64,000 nt of DNA, from NCBI GenBank assembly GCA_040954595.2, contig CM082579.2:5080879-5144878 (forward strand), given 5' to 3'. Source of the stretch: Balanoglossus misakiensis (Eukaryota; Animalia; Hemichordata). Below the pieces are notes generated by a model. That model made no database searches. It saw only the letters and a program-made list of their open reading frames with translations, and was not told the DNA's origin. The translations under genes and the position numbers were made by a program. Positions 11,501 to 25,100 of this stretch are shown here, piece by piece. How positions within the stretch are numbered: position 1 is the first letter of the stretch; each line of letters starts with the position of its first letter.

Positions 11501-14500
11501 CAAAACTGGTTTCCAAATAGCCAGTAATATCTATGATTTAATGCATCATATCTTTAGGTAATGCATGTGAAAATATGGGTTGGCGAATCATTACCGTCCT
11601 AATAAAAACTGTTTACTGTATATGGAGGCAAAAAATCAATATCTTGAGGGTTGCTTTTTTGTCATAAATATTTGAAAACCTAAAACAAGGCGTGACCTCA
11701 GCTTTGAAGGCTATTTTTGTGAGTGTGAAAGGGTGGGGGTTTTCCTGTTTGTGCAATGTTGCGATCTCAATGGTACATCAACATGTAACGCTTATATTTA
11801 TGGACGTATTTTCCTACCGCACAGCTGACCACGGTCACACTGAATGCCTAAACTGGATATTTACCCAAGAAGATGAACTACCCTCTTTTCTAAAAGCTGT
11901 TCAATGCGATGGAATGTTAATGGAGGAGGTCACTCGCAATCTGGAAAGGGGAGGAGGGGGGATGGTTCATGTCACTGTCAGGTCCCCAAAAGTGCCAGTC
12001 TGTTATAAAGCCATCTCATGCAGAAGGCCAACACACACACGTGCCAACTGAAGTGACAGCGCGACACGATTTCCAACTTGAGCTCTCTTTGTTCCCACTG
12101 ACCACAAAGAGGCTCCGCCAGACATTCCTGTTTGTTTTCCACTCAAAAAGGTTACTACTTTCCTCCTCTGCGTAGCATCGAAACACCACTGGGCTACTAG
12201 TTCTAACGTACAGTACCAGCTTCTTGTCAAAAGTAACAAACTTGTCCAGTGCTAGTGTTTCACTTTGAGTAAAAATTTATGATTGAAATCATTCAATTGC
12301 CGATCACAGTTAAAAATGTCAAAGCTGTTTTGAACCGATCTGTGTTATGGATTCTTGCCAAATTTGATTCGATCTCACTCCATAAAAATTGTTTGGTAAA
12401 CAGGGTAACAGGAGATGTGCTGGCGCAGTCTCGAAGAACGGTGGCACCTACTACGGTAGATTGCGTTACAAAATCCAGTGGATCTGTAATTCCACAAACA
12501 GCTAATCTGCATTCTTTGGTAATTTTATCGAGTACTTTTAACTAGCTAAAGCTATCATTACAGATGAAAATGCATTTTTATCTTTGAAAATATTACTCTC
12601 TCTCTCTCCTTTTACTGGGTAAGACAGTAAAATAAATCTCTTGTGTTGTTAAGTCATGCAGGTAACACTGGGCCAATTACCAGAAACGACCAACGTAAAG
12701 TGTACTTTGTTGATATGTGGAGAGAATGTGGCTGACAGTGACAGGCATGAAAAGACAAATAAATAAGGCTTCGAAATTTTCCAAAACTCTTCAGCTGTGA
12801 CAACTTTTTTTCTGCTCGGAACTCTGAAGTGAAGTTAATTAACAGCCGTGATAAAAGTAGCTTGTATCTGGAACAGGATAACCCACCTGAATTGGCCGCA
12901 GATTGATCTAGAAGGAATCCTCCCTTTTTTTGTGAGCCATGCGCACGTGTGTACATGTATGTGATTGTCCGATGACAGTTACCCCATACTGTTGTTTAGA
13001 CACTGTATCTTTTAAGGAATACAGAAATAACGAAGTCAATGTCACTCACGCCTTGTCAATCACTTTCTTGACAAGCGGTCGGGCACAACTCCTGCTGGGC
13101 GGAAAAGAAAAGGACCCACAGTCGCAGTAAACTGCAACCGGCATTCTGAGTATTCACACAACCGCAGGGTCAGAAAGCACACAACCTCACCCCCACTGCA
13201 ATACCTGGATTTGTGAACAGCATCTGATCGGGACAATGTGCGGGGGGCGGACAATGAGATTTCTCCGTTAATGGCCGACCGGTGGAAGGGGAAAAAAGCG
13301 AGCTCTCCGACGGCCGATCAATATTACACTGGCCACAAACGCAAACTGTTACCCCATTGTAGTGCGGAAATACCGCAGTATACAGACTCTTTCCTCTCAT
13401 TTGTCGGGGTAACCAGTTTTCTGTGGAGCACTCCACACAAATGCACATACCACAACCCATGTTTTTGTTCCCACATTCAAAAACAGCCACCCCCTCATTA
13501 TCCTTCTACTGTGAACCACAGTAGCATACAAGTACCCCCAGAAGTCCATCCACGGTTATTTTTTTCACTTCGATTTTCCCGCATGACAATCATCTTGTCA
13601 AGCTGTGACGCACTTGATACATGAATAACTAGCACTTGATTGAGTTTATGTCAGGGAATGTGCACAAATACTCTTCTCTGCACGGATGGCATCAGATCTT
13701 CCTGCCCATGCCTCATTTGATGTATATATTTTTTTTACCTGGCAGCCAAAACAGCTGGTGTGTGAAGTTTCAATATTTACCGACAAGTTCACTCAAGGTG
13801 AAGTACGCCATAAACAACCTCAGTGGAGTCAAGTGCCTGGCTCCGCACCAATTAATCAAACCATTTGTGATGTCACTCAAGGTTGATGCACACAATATTG
13901 ACCTGTACATCTGACGTACCACATAATCTTGATTTGGGCGCTTAGTCAGTCCAGCAGACGTATAAAATACTTCCTGTTGTGCCTGACACTCATGGTTAAT
14001 GCAAACTTTTGGTCAAGCTCCCTGAAATTTTTCACTGAGACACCAATAATCTTAACCAAATCATCGAACAAATGTCACAGAAAGCTATGAATTCAAAATC
14101 TCTATTCATGGAGACCGCCCAATGTAGATGACAACAAAAGGGATACTTCTGTAAAAGTCCTCAGGGAGGCAAGGTGAAGACACCATCACACGAACACTTA
14201 CACCATGAAAGTCCATGCATAACTGCTGTTGTTGTTTTTAATTTTCAGTCGGGTATTTTTGGAATGTTTGACAGAACACAGATGCCTGGTATATATATTG
14301 TAAACTTATCTTCAGCCTAAAAAGACAAGTGATGCGGTGTTATTATTTTAAACTCTCTAGGCATTCCAGTAATGCAATTAGCTCCCCCTTTCTGAGGTAA
14401 AAAACTACTCATCCGAACACCAGGCTGTTTTGCAGCCAACAGTGAGACACATTTACGAAAATTGGGGTTCTGACCCCCAAACACCCCCCAGGCATTTCTC

Positions 14501-15120
14501 CGCAGACTGCAAGGACCTCAAATCAACAGGTGTGTTATTGTACACTGGGACCACACAGACATCGATTAAGACTATAATATCGTGGTGATAGCTGAGTGAG
14601 ATAAAACGGTGACCCCAAACTGACAGGTGGCATGCTGAAAGCACTTTCCTAAATTTGTAATTTACACTGTGTGGACTTAACTAAATGGGACCTGGTGTGT
14701 TCTCATTCATGACTCACTTTAAAAGTTAATTCGTCACTTTTGCTATTCTGTGTACCTATGGTTTTTTTTTTGACATCTCAAAGAGGACAAGCCTGGCTGA
14801 CAGAAGGGATGCTTTGCTTGGCTTGTGATGGGGCGGGATCCCTCTGCAGGCAGACAAGAGAGAGGACAGCTCGGAGAAAACACTCCAGAAGCCCCGACCA
14901 ATCAAAAGTCACGCTTTCTGGAATCTCAAGATCCTCCACTCCACTTTCTTCAAAAGACTTTCAAAACACTAATTCTCAAACAGAACTTGTTCAGAGCTTT
15001 TCATCCAGCTAGTCATCCTGACTCTAGTTTGCTTTCTGAGCGTGGTACCTTCCACTCAGAAAACGTCTCCCGGAAGTTGTTTTACATACAATGGACAGGA
15101 CTTCTCTTCTCTCCCCTTAC

Positions 15121-15188
15121 ACACACAGGCAGTCCCTTCTCAGAAGTTCAACTTCTTCAGACCAGATGGGATCGGGTCTCTGGGGCAT
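15121..15188 (-). CDS. Possible alternative first coding exon (MPQRPDPIWSEEVELLRRDCLCV)
   Basis: ggcATG, 68 nt, ends GT|gtaagg in phase 2; CpG-rich promoter-like segment upstream at about 15350-15570. Confidence 0.35.
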
Positions 15189-16706
15189 GCCGCCGAATGT
15201 CTATGACATCGCACACAGGCCACGCAACCACAAAGGGGAAAATGTACGGCAATAAAAACAAAGCAGTCCCCTTGAAAACACCTGCAGTATCAATCGCTGC
15301 TGGTAAATTAGTCCCTGTAACCATAGAATACCCGTCGTGTTACAAGCAAAACAGCGCGGACAATGCAAGTGTCTAAATTGACTTCACCTCTCCTTGTCCG
15401 GCAAGGCGATATCCGCCGGCACACCCACCAAAACACAAATATCGCCGGCAAAAAAAAAAATACTTTTCTTTCCCGCCAGCTTTGGTCTGCCGCCGCCTCA
15501 AGTGCTTGGAAAAGAAAGAGCGAGCTCGGGTGCTTGAAGCAGGGCGTAAGAACGCCTTTTACGGTAAAGGTGATGTATCTATGGGGGTTAGTATAGGCTG
15601 GTGTCTGGGTTTAAAGGCTTAGGAGTAAGTGCCATGGTGTGACGCTCAAATATTGATGCATATAGGATGGCCTCCAATGTTTTTTACTGATTTTCACTGA
15701 AAGATGAACTTGATTTTTATGATTCATCCATAGAAACTCAGATGTCATAAATTTGGAAGCCAATTTTGATTAAATCTTCATGCAACGTTTACTGTAGCAA
15801 TGAATGCACAAAAAGTATTTACTGCGCTGATAACAAATTATACATATTTCCACGTGCTACACTCTATTAACATGTGTTGATATTCCCCTTAATTGTTAAT
15901 GTTTAACAAACTTTGTGTTTGCTACATGTTTGATTCCAGTAAACACGGAATTCCTTCATGTTTCAAAACGCTACTTGTAGCAAAAGAGAGGCTTAAAAAC
16001 CGTGAGATTAAAGTGTTACCCTTGGTGATCTCTGGACAACACATTAAAAGCTGATTGCATCATCGATATTGTTACGTGTGCATTATTCGGACATTTCCGT
16101 GCGGTCTCTCTTTCCTAGCCACGGCAAACAGCGGCATCATTTGACAACACTAATATTTCATCATCGAAACCAAAAGTGACGCCCTCGGAAGTTTCGTAGA
16201 ACACAGTTACGGTCGTGACAGACTCACATTGTTTTGAATGGACAGCAAGACTGGATTACAGTCATAACCACATTCATTCAAAAACCGTAAATTCATAACA
16301 TCCTCGAATCTGCATCATGACACGCATCAGTGGAAATCCCAGGGAGGACAGGCAATGAAAGTATCAGCACACAAAAAATCCAAATCTGGGACAGGCTACT
16401 GTTCTTTCATATTCTCTGCCACCCGAGATTTACAACGCTTGTTCTTTTGAATGGGAGATCCGGTCTGGCAAATGATTTACAAGAGGGTGGTGGTGTTGGG
16501 TATGTTTTTTTCTGAGTGTGTGATAAAAAAATCACAGCATAGCAGAAGAGTCAAGATTCCAGCCAAGGTTATCTCTGCTTGTTTACCAAACACACACTCA
16601 GAGCAACCCAGCTGGATCATATCCACTGTGCTTATGTAACCTTCCAACAAGTGATTTCTCCGGAGAAATAAAGAACCTTACAGCCTCCAGTGACACTAAA
16701 ACCCAC

Positions 16707-16855
16707 CTGAATGGCGGCCTTTTCTGTGGAATGTGCGTCGTCTTCTTTTTGCCGACGATGTTGTTGTTGTTCTCCTCGCAGGCGTTGGTCCTCTGCACCA
16801 TCTTCCTGACATAGCCAGACTTGATGAGGCCCGGCGATTTCAAATCCTTATCCAT
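16707..16855 (-). CDS. Putative alternative first coding exon of Shroom (MDKDLKSPGLIKSGYVRKMVQRTNACEENNNNIVGKKKTTHIPQKRPPF-R/S)
   Basis: Kozak gccATGG, in-frame stop upstream, 149 nt, ends TTC AG|gtgggt in phase 2; hydrophilic, protein-like composition. Confidence 0.6.
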
Positions 16856-19800
16856 GGCCGATTTCGGAAGAGGATGAAGCCCGCTTATCAACCCGGGAGA
16901 TCTCAAGAGGTTTTAACACAGCTCCACAGATATGGCCGGACACAGGCAATCGGTAGTCTGGCAAACTTCTGTACAGACTTCTTCAGGTTACTCAGATGAG
17001 AACAAGAAAGACGCAGTGTCCTCCTCTGACATTGTGTCCAGAGTAACTTCTCAGACTGAGCACCTGTCCCCCGCACCACCTACAGATCCCGCACATACGT
17101 ACATCAGGTGGGAAGTGGGAGAGTCCAGTGCCTGCCAACTCAGGTATGCTCTGGGCTTTTCTGTGCCTCTCCCCCAAAAAACAATCTCAACAAAAGCCGG
17201 GACCTTTGAGAGAAAGAAAACCTGAGGATGACATAAGAACTCGCGTCACACCGCAACCGTCAGACAGACAGCCATGCCTCCGAAGAAGAAGAAGAAAAGT
17301 GGACATTCCAGCTGGCATTAACTTTTCTTTTTAAGTCATGGCTGGCTGAAAAGAAAATATGTACCTTGTGATGCACACACGCCAAGGTATGCACAAAGGC
17401 CAAAAACTCAGGCAGACAATAACATCCCCATTCCGCATTCAGCTTCCCGGGCCCCGAGCATTAGCATAGGGCTTCTTCATTGCAGAGTAGCAGCTTCTGT
17501 GCACCCACTCCGACAGCTGAATTCCGACTCGCTTTATCACTGTCAGGGGTCAAATGAATTGTGGAAAGGTATGCTCTACCATGTCACCGGGTGTTAATTG
17601 ATCCACAATCTTCCTATTGGGTAAACAGGAATTACTCAAACCAATCTCAAACATAAAGGCTTCATTCTTTTTTACACCCACTTTACACAGAGACTGTAAT
17701 CACCCACTGAAACACAAGCCTGTGAATTGTCTTGCTGTCCAATGATCACTTTTCAAGGGGAGAGAAGGGAATTTCATCTCCAAACAGCCAGAAATAGTTG
17801 CCATTCCTACGATTGATAGGCATATATACCTGTATTCTGTGAAAACAAGGGTTCTGTACTGTTGGTAAGAACACAGCCCCTCCACAAGACTGTAGTTAGT
17901 CAGTGGAAGAAGCACTTTTAAAAACCATTTTCAGGTTAAACTCAAAACAACGTACCCCTACAGCTGAATGGACTATTCCACAAACATTACTCAATCTAAA
18001 GTGACACGTTTGTGATCATTGGTACAATTTGGGGCGAAAAAGTTATAAATTTTCTCTTTGTTAGATTGCTTGGGTGTTCAAGGAATGGTGCTTATGATAT
18101 CCCTAAAGTAGTGCACGACAGTAATTCTAAACACCTTCCATGTTGAAGTGTGTCCCTGTAACCTCTTGGTTGGCTGGACCCTTGTGTGGGGTTGGGCACT
18201 CCATCTCTCTTCAAATCTTAATCTCAATGTCAAGTTATCTCCATCAAAGCCAAAAGATCAGTCACCAGTTCCACCCATCCATGTGATCACAACATTAGAC
18301 GCCAATTTATATATTTCAGACAAACCCAAACACCTCCCATTGCAAAAAACAAACTCCACTTAAATTTATGATTTCGTTATCACAATTTGACCCAAAGTGC
18401 ACAGCCGATAACCAGCTGCAATTTTATGTTTGATGGGAGCCCTTCCTGTCGCCACCAAGTGAAGAGTGCGCAAGTGCAACAAGTTTGCATGTACATCTGA
18501 GAGAAGCCATGGGAGGGAGAGAGGGAGTGAGTAAAGGCATTGGGATTGACAAGTAATGACTCAGTGCTGCTACATCCGGTATCCATGGCATCAGATACAC
18601 CACAAATTCTTGCCTCAGCCTCAATCTCCCCTCTCTTGTCTGTGCAGTTAGTCAGCAGTTTGGCAAAAAGACTTTTTTAATTCTCACAAACAGACATTTT
18701 CCTGTTTTCCCCGCTAAATTTAGCAAGCACCGGATCCTAATCAATATCTCAATGATAGAAATCAAGGAAATGACACACTCGAGTAAACACGCAAAGCTGT
18801 TTACTTGGTTTGTCACCTTCAAGTTGAAGCTGATTACCAAATATCTCCTCCAGGGCTTTGCTTTCAATATCCCCCTACCCAGCCTTATTTTTTTCTTCCC
18901 AAGCCTCGCTAAATAAATAAACACCAAATACTTCAAATTAACAATAAAACTCACAAAGTGGCTCAGAATTCCTACACAAACCGACTTTGCAATGAGAAGT
19001 ATGCGAGGGAAATTCTCTGACACATACAACTTGAATTGGCGTTTGTTTCCACGTTCTGTGTTCCGGGGAGGTTGGACCTCCCGTCGACAACAATGGCATT
19101 GTTTTGCCGAGATGCAGAACTATGCCGGAGTAAAAGGATCAGGATCGGAATGGGCAGTAAAATGCGAAACACGAAGGGCTGCAGATAATCCTCCCACCCA
19201 CCCCCAGAAAAAATATCTTAGTCTTAATACGACACAGGTGCTCGTTTTCCCAAGCAGAGATTTCTCGAGATTTTCAGTCAGAATGAAACAATGAGACTCC
19301 GCCTGTGGGCTGTTTGCTCATTTGTTTCAAAGGACTGACTTTGTTACACCCACTCCAGTGGAGGTTGGCCCCTCGCTTTGAGCCGGGCTGGGGAAAGCAT
19401 TCTCCCAACAATGGCCGCCGCATTCCTGGCCGTACAAACACTCGGGCAAAGACGTTTGTTTATTATTCTTTTCGCTAGATTTCAATCGAGAAAGAGTCGA
19501 AAAGTTCTAATCTGAGGAAAGCATTCCAAGCGAACGAGCATGAACAAACTTGTTTTTTTTCTCTCTGTCACCTGTTGAGTATCGGAGACAAGATTATCTT
19601 GAACTCTTCAAAGGTAACAGATGACACTCTCTCAGAAATTCCCTCGGTGATCTGTTGGACTACAATTGATGGGATGCAACAGGTGGTTGCCTGTCCCATA
19701 GACAGTCTGGTTGCCGACAAGAAATCAGTTTGCTAATCCACCCTTCCAGGTGACTTCTCCAGTAGCAAACAGACAGTTAGCATTCTGTTGAACTCCCTAA

Positions 19801-21820
19801 TTCTGGTAAGCTGTATAATTTTAGAAAATCTCACACTGAAAAATTGCACCAACTTGAGGATACTCAGACAAGTCAGTGAGTCTGGGAAAACTTATGATGT
19901 AATGTTCTTGAAAAAGAAAATGTTCATATGCCGTGCTGTAACAAATGCAACTTTTTTAAACAGGAGAGCCTGGAATGACAGTACGGAGAGACAACAGTCA
20001 CCAGACTTCCAGAAGATTCGATCACTGACGTTGTGATTGACTCACAGTCAGCACGTGCAAAGTTCCAGAAACGTCAATATCCGCGAAGAGAAGAGAGAAG
20101 GTGATAAGCAAGAATTCTTCAGGGCACAAATATCTATTCAAATCTCACGGTTTGCAGAGCGACATCAAAACAGGAAGTGAAAACCATTGTGCGGGCTGGA
20201 ATTTTGCAGAAGCATGTTTTACGAAACCCTGAACGGAATGTGCCAAACTTTCGCCTGTGCCTGGTTACAGCATGATAAAATTGATCACATGCAAATAAAA
20301 TTAGTATATCCTGCATTCCAGGGATCAGAATCAAAACATGTCGTCTGGTGTCAGCAAATGAGTAATCCTTGATAAAAATGCATGTTGCCATGGTGACACC
20401 GGCCTGCCATGAAATTCATAGTTAGTGACTGCAGGAAATATGCGAAATAAACAAATCTGATTAAAATTCCATCCAGAGGCAATCATTGTTTACTCCTACA
20501 ATATGTGGCCTGCCTACACCATTGCTACCTATACATATTTTTTCTGTTTTTTAGCAGAGAGTCAACCAGTGTTCTGACAAAATGATTTATCAAAATGTTT
20601 CAAATATTTATACGAAGTGATGCAAATGATCCTTAGTGACATGGCAAAGATGGAGGTTTTCCTTTCACAGGGCTTCGTCATTCCACAGACATAGTTGGGA
20701 CGTGGCAACCAAGCAGCAAATTAAATACTTAGCTCAGGAAAAGTAACTTAAGCTGGTAACCTGACACAGAACTTATATGCGCAGAATTTTACAGTACATA
20801 TTGTCCACCCGATTACCCTCTACACACTGGTAGTCCATTCAAACAACAGACAACAAGCTGAAAATAGTCTTCCATATATGGAGAGACACACCTCAACAGG
20901 TATGCGGTGCAGGCATTTCAGCATGTACATATCTCATTGAAGTAAACAAAACATTTTTTTTCTTTGGCAAGACATACAGATGTACTTGTCAAACTTTCCA
21001 TTTTTTCAGCATTGTTTGTTCGGATCATTCTTTTCTTATTTTCAATCCACCCACTTCACATATTAAGTAACCCCTCTTTTTTTATCAAACTATGGATGTG
21101 GACATACAGGTAAACACTTACATGTCGTCAGGCAGACTGAAAGATTGTGGTGTCTGCAGACACACACATTTCTTCTTATTTTTGAACTGGTGCCAGTAAA
21201 AGACTTATTTGCGATAATGCCAGGAAATAATTATTTCCAACGACCTCACATGCTGGTGAGGTCATAAACACACACTACACAAAACAGGTGCAGATAATCT
21301 TGTCAATAAAAATCAGATTAATTTGGGCATTGTATCTCAAGAGACAAACAAACAGACAGTCATATTCAGGTATGGGGTCACTGACCTACATTTGTACACA
21401 ATCTTGGCATCCAACTTGATCTCAACGTTGGTTACACTTACAACCAGCCACTCAGTGTGCTTAGAAACAAAATTACGGTACAAGTAGCAACTGCACAGTG
21501 ATTAAAAGTACATTCGTGGTGTTGTTAATAGGTTCCCTCAGCAGTCACATTTGTCGCAGACCTACACTGTTGACAGGTGAAAAAAAAAATCTCGAAATAC
21601 CCACCTGTCAGATCCAACTCCTCAGTCTCTGGAGCAAATGTTTATTTAAACCTGTTGCATCAAAGTTACCAGGTCCGAGGCAAACAAACAACATTTTAAC
21701 CCTACTCAAACGTCAGGTCAAACCAAAGCGGCAGAGAGATGATTAACGTTTCACTGAGCTCGCCTGCGATTGAATGCAAACAGTGGCAAACAAAGTTTCC
21801 ACACAATAACAAACCCCTAC

Positions 21821-21906
21821 CTTATTCTGTCATTCAGAATCAGCCGCGCGGCCCAACGTGCCACTGGAATATCTGCTTCAACTCGGTCGTTGGCGTCGAG
21901 AACCAT
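21821..21906 (-). CDS. Putative alternative first coding exon of Shroom (MVLDANDRVEADIPVARWAARLILNDRI-R/S)
   Basis: Strong Kozak gaagcATGG, 86 nt open, ends ATA AG|gtaggg in phase 2 like the PDZ exon; about 245 nt downstream of the TATA/Inr. Confidence 0.6.
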
Positions 21907-22147
21907 GCTTCAACACCAGAAGGGTTGTAATGTTTTTTTAAGTAAACGACTGACGATGTTCTGAAAAATTACGTAAAACAAAGCGGCATGCCTGCCTTGG
22001 TGCTCGTGTGTCTGCTTCGTAGTGTCAACTGAACTAAAGCTAAACGGCGCACCTCCTACGTTATATATGGTGAAATCCTTGAGGCTGGGCTTATAGAGTC
22101 CCAAGAGGTCTCTCTCTCTCTATACTATGACGTCTGCCTGATACAAT

Positions 22148-22187
22148 ACTGAACAATACCGCTGGAAATCTCTGCCCTTTATATATA
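22148..22187 (-). promoter_or_regulatory. Intronic TATA + initiator core promoter
   Basis: TATATATAAAG at 22187-22177 and TCAGT at 22152-22148 (A+1 = 22150), spacing about 31-35 nt; CpG-rich flanks. Confidence 0.55.
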
Positions 22188-25100
22188 TTGTGACGGCGCA
22201 TCAAATGATTATGCGCTAAACTCCAGCGCTTGACAGGAAGTATTTAGAAAGCGGACACACTGCAGTTGTTGACACTCGGGTGATAATGTTAATATGCAGG
22301 AAAATTGGTCAACAACACGTAAGAGGCTGGACTTTGTCGCCTTCGGAAGTCCTTTACGGGCAAATGACCGCTCGGGTCTCCACAAAAACCAATACTCGAA
22401 ACGAGAACAGGTGACCCGTATAGCTGCCACGACAAGTCGATGACCCCCCCCCTCCTCCCACCACAGGTATTAAACTCAAGTTCCTATTAAACCAAGCTGT
22501 CAACAGCACACCACAACAAGGTCACATTCCTCCGTGGTGTACCGAAGCAAATGAGACCGCTAAAAGATCGCATTACCTCATATTTCAGGGCACTGCTCTC
22601 CAAAGGAAGAAAGACAAAAAAGAAAAGGTGCAGACAAAATACCTAGGCAGGACCCAAGAAAGGATGTTAGAAAATTGCAGAGGAATCTCAATAAGCTGAG
22701 GTGCTTCCACTCTTGCGGAGGAAATAATTCCACAAAGAATTCCAAAAGTGCAGTAATTATATTAATCTGGCAGCTGAAATCCCTGATATCCGAGTGTCCT
22801 TCAATGAACTGCAAAAAGCCATGTAGGTTACCATCAGCCGAATTTCTCCAGCCTGAGTGATGCTATATGGCCTAACAGCCCTTTGGCAATTTGTTTTGGG
22901 GAGGGAAAGCCATTGTATCAAGTGTGAAGCCACAAACACAGGTACAAAAGCACCACTGTGAAACTGATGGGTAACTAAACAGATTAAAACAGTGGAGTCC
23001 AATTAAGCAAACAAGCTGCCTTAATTAGAAAAAACAAACACACCTGTAAAAGACCCAGCATGACATTTCCCCCAAAGTGGGTGTGGTGGTTTCAGCAGTC
23101 AGTATAAACTCAGACCTGCACTCCGACATGAGAATTCTAATACAAGTACACATCACTGCAAAAGTTGCACTGGAACTTCAGATAAGCAGGTTTTAAAATT
23201 TATCAGAAAAGATAACTGAAATCGCTATACTTACCCCCCTCAAGCTAATGTCAAATATGCAAAAAAGTGCCCAGGAGTGATATATACCACATCTACCTGT
23301 AGCAACATCACCCTTCTCTCTCTACACAAGGTAAAGCCAGACACACATCCGCAATAAAAATGGCGTGGGTGCACCTTGACAGAAAAGATGGCCCAAATGA
23401 GGGACTTCCTCTCTAAAATAGCATTATCTGTCTGGGACATAAAACGCATCTTGAATTCTCCTGCACTACACCCAAGACATTAAAGAGACCCAAGACATCC
23501 ATACTATTAGTATTGTCTCCGGGACTAATGATTCGAATGACGACCAGAGTACATAACCTTCCTATTGTCTAATCATTTGCACAAGGTGACGCCTAAAATC
23601 CAACCTCCTTTACAAAAGAAATCAAGTGTCCATAAAAAAAGTCTTATCACACTTTCCCCAGGTGACTTGGAAACCCACGCAATCCAACAGCATCAATAGA
23701 AACAATCCTTCTTATGACTTTAAGCAGATTTGATATACTTAATATCCTTCAAAGCCATGATTTATGCTCCTCACACAATACAAATCTGTTTTGTCTTCAA
23801 ACAAAGTCGTATTGGAGCAGTCTCCCACACATCTTTTTTGTTTATTCTTTGATAACCAGTCTTAAAAAGTTTCGCAATTCCCTGATATACCATTGTAGAA
23901 ATATCCATCTGTCATTTAGGGGTATCAAAGGTGCTGTCATTCCAATATTGATTGTTTGATGGGGAGTTTTAATAGCAGTAATTGGTTTCAGCCGGCTTCC
24001 GGTGGGAACAGTATACAGGGGATTTGGCAACGCAAGCCTCTCACTTTCTGACCATCGAGTCCAACATCATCAGCTTACTCTCCCCCTTATTTCTTTATCC
24101 CCCCCCCCCCAACAGTGGATGCTCAGAAATTGGTGACACATGACAAAAACTTACCAAGACTGACTGGGAGCTTGCAATACTTAGAGCTACATTGAAACGT
24201 TCTTTATTTTATTTCTGTGCTGCACTGTGAATGCCGAGAGGCCAATTTTGGTAGCATGCAGGATTTCCAATCCCGGTATTATTCTCATAAGCACATGATC
24301 TCCTTCCATGGGCACAAGGACGTGCAAAAAAAAAAATACAAAACCACCACCATTCAAGTCAAGCCCCAGCAACACTTCAGAAAGCCACACTCTGCCCTCG
24401 TCATTTCAAAACTTTTTAACACCTACATATTGGTATTTGTTCGGCATTCTATTAGCTGAAACGAATCCCATGAAAATAAACCACCTCTCCTTATAATAGG
24501 ATAGGATCGGTTCCCCGCAATACCAGATTCACAGTCAGCCGTGAAAACAAGATATTCTAAAACAAGTTCTATTTGGAAATTTACCCGGTCGATACGACAA
24601 GTATGTCAAAATTGCCACAACAAGCCAGTCACAAAAGGCAGGTAATCAGCACTGTTCTCCATTCAAAATCACCATAGAACACATTCCTGCAGTGGTGGAA
24701 ATTCTCTCAGACAAATTTTCAGCTCTAACAAATGGTGCGGCGGAAAAAAAATCAATACGGACACAATTTGAGGCCAGCATGCTGCAAAGCGCAGGGCTGA
24801 TAAATCTCTGTTACAATACCGAACTCCAGTAGCAATCAATAAATGGAGGACAATAGACAACCCCCTTTTCGATTAAAAGTGACAAGTATGTGGAGCTGCC
24901 ACTGAATTAACTCTGATGCAACCTCCATTTGTTTTTCGTGGTGGCAAAGCCTGACTTTAATTCATTTGAAATTCAGATAAACCACAAAACAATTATCTCT
25001 CCAATGACACAAGTGCATGTGTACGATTTTTATTGCCCATTGGAATCTACGATTCCGCACAAACAGTCAGAACTGCCAGAACATGTTTTTTTCATCGCAT

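Noticed and set aside
13191-13223. ATG-to-donor unit MLFTNPGIAVG in a CpG-rich patch
   Set aside because: Donors give phase 0 or 1; not compatible with the array.
14825-15376. 183-aa plus-strand ORF, the longest in the track
   Set aside because: No homology recognised and antisense to the host gene; consistent with chance in GC-richer sequence.
18955-19099. aacaATG ORF MPLLSTGGPTSPEHRTWKQ as a further first exon
   Set aside because: Available donors (19027, 18985, 18954) give phase 0 or 1, not the required phase 2.
23235-23449. Perfect donor GG|GTAAGT at 23234
   Set aside because: Phase-2 frame is closed by TGA immediately upstream; could only be non-coding and has no other support.
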